Origin: Candidatus Limnocylindria bacterium
GTDB lineage: Bacteria; Chloroflexota; Limnocylindria; QHBO01
NCBI GenBank assembly: GCA_036004845.1
Contig: DASYRA010000003.1
Location: 1 to 61,805, forward strand
Length of the DNA stretch: 61,805 nucleotides
Direction: 5' to 3'
Below the pieces are notes generated by a model. It had not been told where the DNA came from, did no database searches, and worked only from the letters and a program-made list of their open reading frames with translations. The translations under genes and the position numbers were made by a program. Below, piece after piece: positions 38,281-49,152 of this stretch (position 1 is the first letter of the stretch; the number at the start of each line of letters is the position of its first letter).

Positions 38281-39270
38281 GTGACGAAGATCGGCTACGC
38301 CGCCATGCTGGAGCAGTTCCACCCGACCGACCTGCTCGAGTGGTGCCCGCAGGCGGAGGCCGCGGGATTCTCAGCCGGATTCATGGTCAGCGAGCACTTC
38401 CAGCCGTGGACCCCGCAGCAGGGCAACGCCGCGTTCGCCTGGACGTTCATGGGGGCCCTGGGAGAGCGCACCACGCTGCCCATCGGCCTCGCCGTCACGG
38501 CCCCGGGCTTCCGCTTCCACCCCGCGGTGATCGCGCATGCGGCGGCCACCATGGGGGCGATGTATCCGGGCCGCTTCTGGCTCGGGCTGGGTGCCGGCGA
38601 GGCGCTCAACGAGCACGTCATCGGTGGCAGATGGCCCGAGATCGGTGTTCGCAGCCACATGCTCTTCGAAGCGATCGAGATCATCAACAAGCTTTTCAGC
38701 GGCGAGGTGGTGCGGCACTCGGGCGAGTACTTCACGCTTGAGTCGGCCAAGCTCTACACGCGACCCGAGACCCCGGTCCCGATCTACGTGGCCACTGCCG
38801 GACCGATCAACGCCAAGCGCACCGGACGCCATGCCGACGGGATGATCACGGTCGGGGCGGCGGACGAGAAGATCAAGATGCTGTGGGCCAAGTTCGGGGA
38901 AGGGGCCCTGGCGGCGGGGCGGGACCCGCACTCGATGCCGAAGCTGCTCCAGATCCACGTCTCCTGGGCCGAGACAGGGGCGGTGGCCGAGGCGAACGCC
39001 GTCCGCGAGTGGCCGAACGGCGGCATGCCGTTCCCGAAGCAGGACGTTCGCCATCCGGAGGACTTCGCCAACATGGCGATGCTCGTTCGGCCGGAGCACT
39101 TCACGGACCGGGTCCTGATCTCTGCCGACCTAGACGAGCACGCCGCCCACATCCAGCGGTTCGTGGACATGGGCTTCGACGAGGTCCACGTCCACAACGT
39201 GGGTCGCAACCAGGCGGAGTTCATCGCCGCCTTCGGCGAGAAGGTCCTGCCGCAGCTCCGCCTGGGCTAG
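38281..39270 (+). CDS. F420-dependent oxidoreductase, glucose-6-phosphate dehydrogenase family (LLM class)
   Basis: The GTG start gives MTKIGYAAMLEQFHPTDLLEWCPQAEAAGFSAGFMVSEHFQPWTPQQGNAAFAW, typical of this family. Confidence 0.88.
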   Translation: MTKIGYAAMLEQFHPTDLLEWCPQAEAAGFSAGFMVSEHFQPWTPQQGNAAFAWTFMGALGERTTLPIGLAVTAPGFRFHPAVIAHAAATMGAMYPGRFWLGLGAGEALNEHVIGGRWPEIGVRSHMLFEAIEIINKLFSGEVVRHSGEYFTLESAKLYTRPETPVPIYVATAGPINAKRTGRHADGMITVGAADEKIKMLWAKFGEGALAAGRDPHSMPKLLQIHVSWAETGAVAEANAVREWPNGGMPFPKQDVRHPEDFANMAMLVRPEHFTDRVLISADLDEHAAHIQRFVDMGFDEVHVHNVGRNQAEFIAAFGEKVLPQLRLG

Positions 39271-39272
39271 CC

Positions 39273-40499
<1,227 letters not shown>

Positions 40500-40507
40500 C
40501 AGGCGTG

Positions 40508-40530
40508 GATGCTAGCACCGGGTTAGCATC
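40508..40530. promoter_or_regulatory. inverted repeat GATGCTA-N9-TAGCATC in the 38-nt divergent gap
   Basis: Read directly at 40508-40514 and 40524-40530, between the thiolase ATG (40499) and the oxidoreductase GTG (40538). Confidence 0.3.
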
Positions 40531-40537
40531 GCGCGAC

Positions 40538-41974
40538 GTGACCCCCCCAGCGCCCCCGGAGCTTCCGATCCCCGGCCGACGCCGTGCCTGGTGGCTGCGC
40601 GAGGCCCTGGCCGCCGAGGCGCCGAGCCTGCTGGCGCCATCGCTCTTCGGCGACGCGCATGCCGACGTCGCCATCGTCGGCGGCGGCTACACCGGGATGT
40701 GGACCGCCTACTTCCTGACCGAGCTCGCGCCCGAGACCCGGATCGTCCTGCTCGAGGCGGACATCTGCGGCGGCGGGCCTAGCGGCCGCAACGGCGGCTT
40801 CCTGCACGGCTGGTGGGAGTACCTCCCCTACCTGGCCAGGCGCTACGGGCCGGCCCACGGCCTGCGCATCGCGGAGGCGGCCGACGAGGTGGTGGGCGGC
40901 ATCGGCGAGTGGTGCCGGCGTCACGCGGTCGATGCCTGGTTCACGCCGCGCGGCTACCTCCGAGTCAACGCCTTCCCGAAGGTCGGCAACGACTGGGGCA
41001 AGACGACCTCCGAGATGGATCGGCTCGGCGCCACCGGGAAGCTGGTGCCCATCGACCGTCAGACGGTGCAGACGATCTGCGCCTCGCCCGCCTTCGGCGA
41101 TGGCCTCTTCATGCCCAGCGCGGCGACCGTTCAGCCTGCCCTCCTGGCCCGCGGACTGCGGCGCGTGCTCATCGAGCGCGGCGTCAGGATCCACGAGGGG
41201 ACAGCGGTGGAACGGATCGACACGCACCCGAGCGGACGGCGACTGACGACGGCCCGCGGGAGCGTGACCGCGGACCGCGTCGTGATGGCGGTGAACGCGT
41301 GGGCGGCGGGCTGGCCGGGCTTTCGGACCCGCGTCCTGGCCTGGGGCAGCTACATGGTGCTGACGGAGCCGATCCCGGAGCGGCTGGGCGAGCTGGGGTG
41401 GACCGGGGGCGAGGCGATCGCAGACTCGCGCTTCACGATCAGCTACTTCCGAACCACCCGCGACGGGCGCATCGCCTTCGGCGCCGGCGTCGGCGCCGCA
41501 GGCTTCGGCGGGCGCATCGGTCCGATCTTCACCCACGACCGGCACGCGATCGAGCGGGTGGTCGCCAACTTTCGACACCTCTTCCCGATGCTCGCGGACG
41601 TTCGGATCGACGATGCCTGGGGTGGGCCGATCGACATCACCGCGGATCGGTTCCCCGAGATCGGCTCACGGGAGGGTGGGCGCGTGCTGTACGCCCATGG
41701 TTTCGCCGGCAACGGGGTTGGCCCCGCTCGGCTGGCGGGGCGCATCCTCGCGGCCCGAATCGCCGGCGGTGGCGACCCTGTCGCCTTCCTCCCCCTGTTC
41801 GGCCGGCGCCAGCGATTCCTGCCGCCCGAGCCATTTCGATTCGTTGGGGCGCGCGCCATCCGGGAGGCGCTGATTCAGCAGGACGACGCCCTGGATGCCG
41901 GCCGTCGGCCGGGACTCCTGACCCGACTGGTGGCGCGGGTTCCCAGCCTGCTCGGCTATCGCTTCAGGCACTGA
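40538..41974 (+). CDS. FAD-dependent oxidoreductase (DAO family, PuuB/gamma-glutamylputrescine-oxidase-like)
   Basis: DVAIVGGGYTGMWTAYFL dinucleotide fold. Start is set at the GTG at 40538 (the track ORF begins at 40478). Confidence 0.85.
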   Translation: MTPPAPPELPIPGRRRAWWLREALAAEAPSLLAPSLFGDAHADVAIVGGGYTGMWTAYFLTELAPETRIVLLEADICGGGPSGRNGGFLHGWWEYLPYLARRYGPAHGLRIAEAADEVVGGIGEWCRRHAVDAWFTPRGYLRVNAFPKVGNDWGKTTSEMDRLGATGKLVPIDRQTVQTICASPAFGDGLFMPSAATVQPALLARGLRRVLIERGVRIHEGTAVERIDTHPSGRRLTTARGSVTADRVVMAVNAWAAGWPGFRTRVLAWGSYMVLTEPIPERLGELGWTGGEAIADSRFTISYFRTTRDGRIAFGAGVGAAGFGGRIGPIFTHDRHAIERVVANFRHLFPMLADVRIDDAWGGPIDITADRFPEIGSREGGRVLYAHGFAGNGVGPARLAGRILAARIAGGGDPVAFLPLFGRRQRFLPPEPFRFVGARAIREALIQQDDALDAGRRPGLLTRLVARVPSLLGYRFRH

Positions 41975-42044
41975 TGCCGGAATCGTTGACCGCGCGGATC
42001 GGCGCAGCGTAGGATCCCGCAATCCAACCTTGAGGAGACCGCCC

Positions 42045-43169
42045 GTGCCCGCACGCCCTTCACGCTTTCCGGCGTGGTTCATCGCCTTCGCCAGCGCCGC
42101 CCTGCTGCTGGCAGCCTGCCAGCCCGCGTCATCGGGCTCGCCGGGAGCGTCAGCCGGCGCGACCGAGTCGCCCGCGGCGTCCGTCGTTGAGCCGAACGAG
42201 CTGACGGTCCTGGAGTGGAGCGGCTACGAGGCCGAGGACTTCTGGACCGACTTCAAGACCGCCAGTCCCGATACTGCGGTCGACTTCGAGTTCGGGATCA
42301 GCGACGCGGACATCCTTGCCAAGATGGAGGGCGGCAGCGAGTCCGATGTCTTCCATTTCTACACCGGCTGGCAGCAGTTCTACGTCGACGAGGGCCTCGT
42401 GCAGGAGATCGACACCAGCAAGCTGTCCAACTGGGACAAGGTCCCCGACAGCTTCAAGGAGCTGGGGAAGGTCGACGGCAAGCAGTACTTCCTGCCCTGG
42501 GACTGGGGATTCACCTCGATCCTGTACAACACCGATCACGTCGACGGCGAGATCACCAGCTGGGATGCGCTGTTCGACGACACCTACTCGGGCCACATCT
42601 CGATGTGGGACGACGGCCCAGCGGCGGTGACGACCTCGTCATACATCCACGGCTGGGACGAGACGGCGATCACCGACGCCCAGCTGGCCACGATCGAGGA
42701 GGAGTGGAAGGCGCAGAAGCCACTCAACCTGCTGTACTGGACCGGCGAGTACGACGACTTCTGCCCCGCGGTGCAGAGCGGCGACATCTGGGTCGCTTAC
42801 GCCTGGCAGGGGTGCTACGCGACAGTGCTGTACGACGAGAGCCAGCCGGTCGCCTACGCCAACCCGACCGAGGGGCGCAACTCGTGGGTCGGCCTGTACG
42901 GCATCAGCACCGGGACCGACAGCTACCAGCTGGCGCTCGAGTTCCTGGACAACAAGCTGGCAACCCTGACCTGCAGCAACGCCGTCACCCTCTTCTACTA
43001 CGGCTGCGCCAACCAGGAGGTCATGGATGGGGTGACCGATCCCGTCCTGATCCAGGCCTTCGGGATCGACGACCCGGCCATCCTGGAGAGCACGAACTTC
43101 ACTCCGCCCGTCACCCAGGCGCAGAGGGACGCCTGGACGGCGATGTGGGCCCGCGTGAAGGCCGAGTAG
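42045..43169 (+). CDS. polyamine-type (PotD/PotF-like) substrate-binding lipoprotein
   Basis: The GTG at 42045 lies 7 nt after GAGGAG. Lipobox LLLAACQP. Confidence 0.85.
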   Translation: MPARPSRFPAWFIAFASAALLLAACQPASSGSPGASAGATESPAASVVEPNELTVLEWSGYEAEDFWTDFKTASPDTAVDFEFGISDADILAKMEGGSESDVFHFYTGWQQFYVDEGLVQEIDTSKLSNWDKVPDSFKELGKVDGKQYFLPWDWGFTSILYNTDHVDGEITSWDALFDDTYSGHISMWDDGPAAVTTSSYIHGWDETAITDAQLATIEEEWKAQKPLNLLYWTGEYDDFCPAVQSGDIWVAYAWQGCYATVLYDESQPVAYANPTEGRNSWVGLYGISTGTDSYQLALEFLDNKLATLTCSNAVTLFYYGCANQEVMDGVTDPVLIQAFGIDDPAILESTNFTPPVTQAQRDAWTAMWARVKAE

Positions 43170-43208
43170 CCTCGGCACCCTGACCCGGCGCACCAGGCGC
43201 CAACGGCG

Positions 43209-44066
43209 ATGCTCGGACGGCGAGGAAGCCTCTGGTTCCTCGCCGTCCCGCCGTATCTGTGGCTGCTCCTCCTCTTCGTGGTGCCCTTGGGGGTCGTGGT
43301 GGCCATCAGCCTCCTCCCCGGCTCCGGCCGCATCAACTTCGGCGCCGGCTGGCCGTCGCTCAATCACTACCAGGAGGTGCTTGACACTGCCGCCTACCTG
43401 CGGCGACTGGGCATCTCGCTGGCCATGGCCTTCGTCATCGCCGCATCGGCCACGATCCTCGCCTACCCGATCGCCTATTTTCTCGCCTTTCGAGCGCGCC
43501 GGCGGGCAACGATCTTCCTGATCCTCCTCCTCATCCCATTCGCGTCGAGCTACCTGCTGCGGGTTATGGCCTGGAAGCTGCTGCTGGGGCGCGAGGGAGC
43601 GATCAACTGGTTGCTCACCTCAACCGGGCTGACCCAGGAGCCGGCCGGGTTGCTGACCTACTCGCAGGCGGCGGTCGTGATCACCCTGATCTACGTCTGG
43701 ATCCCGTTCGCAGCCCTGCCGATCTACGCGGCGCTGCAACGGGTCGACCGTTCGCACCTCGAGGCGGCGGCTGACCTGGGCGCTGGCCCCTGGACGCGCT
43801 TCGCACGGGTCACCATCCCGATGAGCCTGCCGGGGGCGCTCGCCACCTTCTTCATGGTCTTCATCCCGACCGTCGGCGAGTACGTCACCCCGTCGCTGGT
43901 CGGTGGCACGGGCGGGATCATGTACGGGAACCTGATCCAGGACTTCTTCAGCCGCGCGGGGAACTGGCCGCTCGGCTCGGCGATGGCGGTCCTGATGCTG
44001 CTGGCCGTGCTGGTGCTGGTGGCGCTGGCCCTGCGGTTGGTCGACCTGCGCCGGATGGCGACATGA
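43209..44066 (+). CDS. ABC permease (PotB-like)
   Basis: 285 aa, EAA loop LEAAADLGAGPWTRFARVTIPMSLPG. Confidence 0.85.
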   Translation: MLGRRGSLWFLAVPPYLWLLLLFVVPLGVVVAISLLPGSGRINFGAGWPSLNHYQEVLDTAAYLRRLGISLAMAFVIAASATILAYPIAYFLAFRARRRATIFLILLLIPFASSYLLRVMAWKLLLGREGAINWLLTSTGLTQEPAGLLTYSQAAVVITLIYVWIPFAALPIYAALQRVDRSHLEAAADLGAGPWTRFARVTIPMSLPGALATFFMVFIPTVGEYVTPSLVGGTGGIMYGNLIQDFFSRAGNWPLGSAMAVLMLLAVLVLVALALRLVDLRRMAT

Positions 44067-44884
44067 CCGCGCAGACCGGGGTGCGGCGGGCCAGCCCTGC
44101 CATCGGCGTCGGGCGCACGCGCCTTCCGCTGGGCCCCGTCTACCTGCTGATGATCGTCTTCCTGTACCTGCCCATCGCTGTCCTCTTCGTCTTCTCGTTC
44201 AGCACGAACACCACGCTGCGGTTCCCGATCGAGGGCTATACGACCGACTGGTACGGCGAGATCTTCGAGAACAGGCAGCTCCTGACCGCTGCCCGCAACA
44301 GCCTGGTGGTGGGCTTCCTGGCCGCCACCGTCGCGACCGGCCTCGGCCTTGCCGCGGGGATCGCGGTGGTGCGGCTGCGGTTCGCCGGACGGGGGCTCCT
44401 GCTCGCCTTGGCCGGGGCACCGCTGGTCGTCCCGTTCATCATGCTGGCGGTCGCTCTCTTCCTCCTCTTCAACCTCCTGGACGTGCCACGCTCGATCTTC
44501 ACGATCGCCGCCGGCCACAGCGTGATCGCGCTGCCCTACGCGACCCTCATCCTGGTGTCGAGGCTGATCGGGCTCGATCCGGCCCTGGAGGACGCGGCGA
44601 TGGACCTGGGCGCCAGCTATCCGACGACGCTGCGCCGGATCGTGCTGCCCCTGCTCGGGCCGTCGCTTCTCTCGGCCTGGCTGACGTGCTTCATCGTCTC
44701 GTTCGACGAGGTCGCGCTGGCGGTCTTCCTGGCCGGTGGCGACCAGACCTTCCCGGTCTTCCTGTACGGCCAGCTGCGCTTCGCCCAGACGCTGCCGGTG
44801 ATGATCGCGATGGCCGTGCTGCTGATGCTCGGCACCGTGGTGTTGACCCTCGTCGCATTCCTGGTCAGGTCGCGGAGCGAATGA
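44063..44884 (+). CDS. ABC permease (PotC-like)
   Basis: 273 aa, EAA loop LEDAAMDLGASYPTTLRRIVLPLLGP. ATGA overlap upstream. Confidence 0.85.
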   Translation: MTAQTGVRRASPAIGVGRTRLPLGPVYLLMIVFLYLPIAVLFVFSFSTNTTLRFPIEGYTTDWYGEIFENRQLLTAARNSLVVGFLAATVATGLGLAAGIAVVRLRFAGRGLLLALAGAPLVVPFIMLAVALFLLFNLLDVPRSIFTIAAGHSVIALPYATLILVSRLIGLDPALEDAAMDLGASYPTTLRRIVLPLLGPSLLSAWLTCFIVSFDEVALAVFLAGGDQTFPVFLYGQLRFAQTLPVMIAMAVLLMLGTVVLTLVAFLVRSRSE

Positions 44885-44888
44885 GGCG

Positions 44889-45110
44889 CTAGCTCGCTCG
44901 GCGGGCGGGGTGAGTGGCGGTCACCGCCTGAAGCAGCCGGCTCGAGGCACGGGCGATCTCGTCGACGGCGTGGTTAAAGGCGTGCTCGTTCGCCGGCGAG
45001 GGCTTCCGATAGCCGCTCACCTTGCGCACATACTGGAGGGCGGCCGCGCGCACCTCGTCGTCGGGAGCCGGCTCATCGAGGATTCGGAGGGTCTTGATGC
45101 TTCGACACAT
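44889..45110 (-). CDS. DUF2277-domain protein
   Basis: MCRSIKTLRILDEPAPDDEVRAAALQYVRKVSGYRKPS matches the DUF2277 pattern. Confidence 0.75.
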   Translation of the reverse strand: MCRSIKTLRILDEPAPDDEVRAAALQYVRKVSGYRKPSPANEHAFNHAVDEIARASSRLLQAVTATHPARRAS

Positions 45111-45137
45111 GCCGAGAGGGTACCCCGCGGCCGATGA

Positions 45138-45785
45138 TCACGCCTCGGCCAGCAGCTCGTCGAGCGAGGCGATGACCCGATCCGCCGCCGACACATCGGT
45201 CTCGTCGAACTGCGGGACGGCGATGCAGGTCAGGCCAGCCGCCTTGGCCGACGAGATCCCCGAGGCGGTGTCCTCCAGCGCCAGCGTCTCTGCCGGATCG
45301 ACGCCGAGCCGCTCGCAGGCGAGCAGGTAGAGGTCCGGAGCCGGCTTGTGGTGCGCCACGTCGTCGGAGCTGACCACCGCGTCGAACGCATCGGCGAAGC
45401 CGCCGCTCTGGAGCGCGGCATCCACGAGGTAGCGCGGGGAGTTCGAGGCAAGACCCAGCGGCACGCGACCCCACAGCTGCCCGACGAGCTCGACGGCGCC
45501 CGGGCGGGCAGCGACCCCGGCCTGCAGCTCCTCGTGCATCAGCTCGGTGACCTCGCGAATCAGTGGTGCGGCCCGTTCAGCCGCATAGCCGAGACGCCGG
45601 GCGAAGAATTCGCCGGTGAACGCCGCGCTCGTGCCCATCACCGTCAGCTTGTCCTCGAAGGTGAACTCGGCGCCGTGCCTGGCGAAGAGACGCTGCTCGG
45701 CCCGATGCCAGAGCACCTCGGTCTCCAGCAGCAGACCGTCCAGGTCGAAGACGACCGCCCGATAGCGCTGCAGCGGCTCGCTCAC
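45138..45785 (-). CDS. HAD-superfamily hydrolase (beta-phosphoglucomutase-like subfamily IA)
   Basis: AVVFDLDGLLLETE (DxDG). LASNSP. The GTG start at 45785 overlaps the upstream TGA (GTGA). Confidence 0.85.
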   Translation of the reverse strand: MSEPLQRYRAVVFDLDGLLLETEVLWHRAEQRLFARHGAEFTFEDKLTVMGTSAAFTGEFFARRLGYAAERAAPLIREVTELMHEELQAGVAARPGAVELVGQLWGRVPLGLASNSPRYLVDAALQSGGFADAFDAVVSSDDVAHHKPAPDLYLLACERLGVDPAETLALEDTASGISSAKAAGLTCIAVPQFDETDVSAADRVIASLDELLAEA

Positions 45786-47008
45786 GGGCGCTTGGCGAAG
45801 AAGGATCCGCCGCCTTCGGCCAGCGAGCGCAGCAGCGGGACCACTCGATACCGGCCATCCGGCGAAGCTACCGCCAGCGCGTCGAGCGTTCGCACCGCCG
45901 TCGCCAGCCCGACCCGCTCGCCCCACTCGAGGGGTCCCGACGGGTAGTTGGCTCCGAGCCGCATGGCAACGTCGATCGACTCCGGCGCGGCGACGCCATC
46001 CGCCACGGCGGACGCCGCCTCGTTCACGATCGTGGCCAGCAGGCGCTCTGCGATCTGCGCATCGCTCAAACCCGCCCCGGGCGCTGCGGAACCGGTCGGC
46101 AACCCCGACCAGGGGTTGCCGCGCGAGCCATCGGGCGCGTAGTCGTAGAAGCCGCCGGACGTCTTGCGGCCGAGGCGGCCAGCCGAGACGAGGACCTCCT
46201 GCATCTCCTGCGGCTCGTAGCGAGGATCCCTGCCGAACGCCTCGTACACGCTCAGGCTCACCGCCAGGTTGACGTCGGCGCCGATCGTGTCGACCAGCTC
46301 GAACGGCCCCATCCGGAAGCCCATCCCGCGGGCTGCGGCATCGATCGCCTCGATCCCCGCCGCGCCGTCCGCCGCCATCCGCATCGCTTCGAGGTAGAAG
46401 GGGCGCGCGACACGGTTGACGATGAAGCCAGGCGTGTCGGCTGCCACCACGGGGGTCTTCCCCAGGCGACGTGCCGCGGAGACGGCTGCCTCGGCAACGT
46501 CCGGCGCGGTGCGCGGCCCGGGGACCACCTCGACCAGCGCCATCAGCGGGACCGGGTTGAAGAAGTGCATCCCGACCACCCGCTCGGGGTGCCCCGTGGC
46601 CGAGGCGATGCGCGCCACCGACAGGCTGCTCGTGTTGGTGGCGAGGACCGTCTCTGGCTCGGCAGCGGCGTCGAGGCGCCGAAACGCGTCTCGCTTCAGC
46701 TCGAGCTCCTCCGGGATGGCCTCCACCACGAGGTCAACGGCTGCAAGCTCCTCGACGGAGGCGGCCGGGTTGAGCCGATCGAGGGCAGCCGCCGCAGCGG
46801 CGGCGTCCAGCTGGCCCTTCTCCACCTTGCGGGCCAGGAAGCCGGCGATTCGCTCGTGCGCCCGCCGGTACGCGCCCTCGATCGGGTCGTGCACGACGGC
46901 CTCGATGCCCGCCTCGGCCACGATCTGCGCGATCCCCGACCCCATCGTCCCGGCGCCCAGGATCCCGACGCGTTCGAGCGCCCGAGACGGTTCGACGTCA
47001 GCGCCCAA
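45782..47008 (-). CDS. 3-hydroxyacyl-CoA dehydrogenase with an extra C-terminal 3HCDH_C-like domain
   Basis: Rossmann motif GILGAGTMGSGIAQ. Start is tentatively the TTG at 47006-47008, overlapping the crotonase stop. The track ORF is extended to 47161. Confidence 0.88.
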   Translation of the reverse strand: MGADVEPSRALERVGILGAGTMGSGIAQIVAEAGIEAVVHDPIEGAYRRAHERIAGFLARKVEKGQLDAAAAAAALDRLNPAASVEELAAVDLVVEAIPEELELKRDAFRRLDAAAEPETVLATNTSSLSVARIASATGHPERVVGMHFFNPVPLMALVEVVPGPRTAPDVAEAAVSAARRLGKTPVVAADTPGFIVNRVARPFYLEAMRMAADGAAGIEAIDAAARGMGFRMGPFELVDTIGADVNLAVSLSVYEAFGRDPRYEPQEMQEVLVSAGRLGRKTSGGFYDYAPDGSRGNPWSGLPTGSAAPGAGLSDAQIAERLLATIVNEAASAVADGVAAPESIDVAMRLGANYPSGPLEWGERVGLATAVRTLDALAVASPDGRYRVVPLLRSLAEGGGSFFAKRP

Positions 47009-47783
47009 GAAAGCGCGGCTCCCGCTTCTCGGCAAACGCCGCGCTGCCCTCGGCATGATCCTCGGTGCGGCCCGCCAGCTCCTGCATCGCCGCCTCCATC
47101 GCCAGGCTCTCGGAGAGGAGCGCGTCCTCGGCGTGGTTGATGGCGCGCTTGGCCAGCCCAATCGCCCGCGTCGGGGCAGCGGCCAGGCCGGCGGCCGCGG
47201 CGCGCACCGTGGCGGACAGCTGGTCGCCGGGCACCACCACGTTCACGAGGCCGGCCGCGTGGGCCTCCCCGGCACCCAACGGCTCGCCACTGAAGACGAG
47301 CGCCGAGGCGCGATGGCGTCCCAGCGCACGGACGAGGGTTCGGGTCGATCCGGAGTCCGGCACCAGCCCGATGCGCACGAAGGCCTGGATGAAGCGCGCC
47401 TCCTCGGCGGCGTAGATCAGGTCGCACGCCAGCGCCAGGGAGACGCCGGCACCGGCGGCGACACCGTTGACCGCCGCGATCACGGGCTTCGGCAGGTCGC
47501 GGATCGCGACCATCAGCGGGTTGTATTCGTCGGTCAGGAGGCGGCGGAAAGCCCGCTCCGCGGCACCGCCGCGCAGGTCGGCACCGCTGCAGAAGCCGCG
47601 GCCCTCCCCGGTCAGGACGACGGCTCGGACCGCCTCGTCGCGCCCCGCGGCCTTGAACGCGACCAGCAGCTCACGCCGCATCGGCCCGTTCAGGGCGTTG
47701 AGAGACTCCGGACGGTTGAGGGAGATCGTGGCGACGCCATCGGCCACCTCAACCTTGATCGTCTCGTAGCTGGCCACGGGCAT
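46998..47783 (-). CDS. enoyl-CoA hydratase/isomerase (crotonase)
   Basis: VVLTGEGRGFCSGADL. PVIAAVNGVAAGAGVSLALACDL. Confidence 0.9.
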   Translation of the reverse strand: MPVASYETIKVEVADGVATISLNRPESLNALNGPMRRELLVAFKAAGRDEAVRAVVLTGEGRGFCSGADLRGGAAERAFRRLLTDEYNPLMVAIRDLPKPVIAAVNGVAAGAGVSLALACDLIYAAEEARFIQAFVRIGLVPDSGSTRTLVRALGRHRASALVFSGEPLGAGEAHAAGLVNVVVPGDQLSATVRAAAAGLAAAPTRAIGLAKRAINHAEDALLSESLAMEAAMQELAGRTEDHAEGSAAFAEKREPRFLGR

Positions 47784-47806
47784 GTCCGGATTCTATCGGT
47801 CGCCCG

Positions 47807-49060
47807 TCAGTCCGGCGGTTGCAGGCCGTCGAGGGTGCGAACCCGGATGATCGGTGAGCCGACCAGCCACAGCACCGCGAGCAGACCACCGGCCGATGAG
47901 ATCAGCAGCGTCTCGCGGACGCCGAGCCAGGTTCCCAGCAGCCCGCCGACCACGGCACCGAGCGGCCGCACCCCGTAGTTGATGCTGCTGAACGCTCCCG
48001 ACACGCGGCTTCGCATCGTGTCGTGGGTCACCGAGGCCTGCAGCGCGTTGAGCGGGACGTCGAAGCACATCACGGCGAAGGCGGCGACGAATTCCGCGGC
48101 CGCGAGCGCCGCCGCGCGCACGAGGACCGGGCCCGATGCCAGGGCCGCGATGGCGATGGCCGCGGGAAAGACGACCGCCGCGATGGCGATCAGCCGGCCG
48201 GCGCCGATCAGGCGGGTCAGCGGCGTCGCCGCAAGCGCTCCCAGCAGGCCGCCGGACGCGCCGATGCCGAACGCGAGCCCAATCGTCCCTGCCGAGAGCT
48301 CAAGGTTCCTGCTCGCGTAGAGGATCAGCAACGCCGACCCCATCAGGGTGAAGAAGTTCACCGTCGTCGCGCAGCCGAGGCTGGATCGCAGGTACGGGTG
48401 ACGCAGCAGGTAGCCCATCCCTGCGCGGGCCCGCCGCAGCAGCGACTCGGTGGCGAGGTCCGGCTCCACCACCGGCGTCCTCAGCCGGCCGACCTGGATC
48501 GCGGAGAAGACGAACGAGGCGGCGTCGACCAGGATCGCGACCGGCGCAGTCAGCCGCTGGATCAGCACGCCGCCGGCCGCGGGGCCGGCGATGAACGAGA
48601 TCGACCTCGTCGCCGAGAGCTTGCTGCTCGCCTCGAGGAAGTGGTCGCGCGACACCAGCCGCACGAAGAACGACGCATAGGCGGTGTTGAAGACGACGTG
48701 CGCCGTTCCGGCCAGGATCGCCATGGCGTAGAGCTGGCCGAGGGTCAGGACGTCGAGCCAGTACGCCACGGGCAACGACAGCAGGACCACCATGCGAAAC
48801 AGGTCGGCCGCGACCATCAACGGGCGCTTGTCCCGGCGCTGGTCGACCCAGGTGCCGATGAACAGCGAGGCCAGGTTCGGCAGCCAGACGGCGGCGGTCA
48901 GCAGCCCAACCTGGCCGGGTGTTGCGTCGAGCAGCGTGACGGCGATCAGCGGCAGGGCCAGCTCGGTGATCCGATCGCCGAATTCGGAGACGGACTGCGC
49001 GGACCAGAAGGTCCGGAACTGCCGGTCGCGCCACAGGCTGGCCGCGGGCACATTCATCAT
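47807..49060 (-). CDS. MFS transporter (EntS / MFS_3-like)
   Basis: Start at MMNVPAASLWRDRQFRTFW (ATG 49058-49060). About 12 TM helices. Confidence 0.85.
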   Translation of the reverse strand: MMNVPAASLWRDRQFRTFWSAQSVSEFGDRITELALPLIAVTLLDATPGQVGLLTAAVWLPNLASLFIGTWVDQRRDKRPLMVAADLFRMVVLLSLPVAYWLDVLTLGQLYAMAILAGTAHVVFNTAYASFFVRLVSRDHFLEASSKLSATRSISFIAGPAAGGVLIQRLTAPVAILVDAASFVFSAIQVGRLRTPVVEPDLATESLLRRARAGMGYLLRHPYLRSSLGCATTVNFFTLMGSALLILYASRNLELSAGTIGLAFGIGASGGLLGALAATPLTRLIGAGRLIAIAAVVFPAAIAIAALASGPVLVRAAALAAAEFVAAFAVMCFDVPLNALQASVTHDTMRSRVSGAFSSINYGVRPLGAVVGGLLGTWLGVRETLLISSAGGLLAVLWLVGSPIIRVRTLDGLQPPD

Positions 49061-49152
49061 GGCCACAGAGCTCCGAGGGGCATCGTCCGGAGAGTAGCCT
49101 CTCGGGGTCCGATCCGTACCGCAACCGCGGCTTGCCGCCGCGGCGCCGTCGG

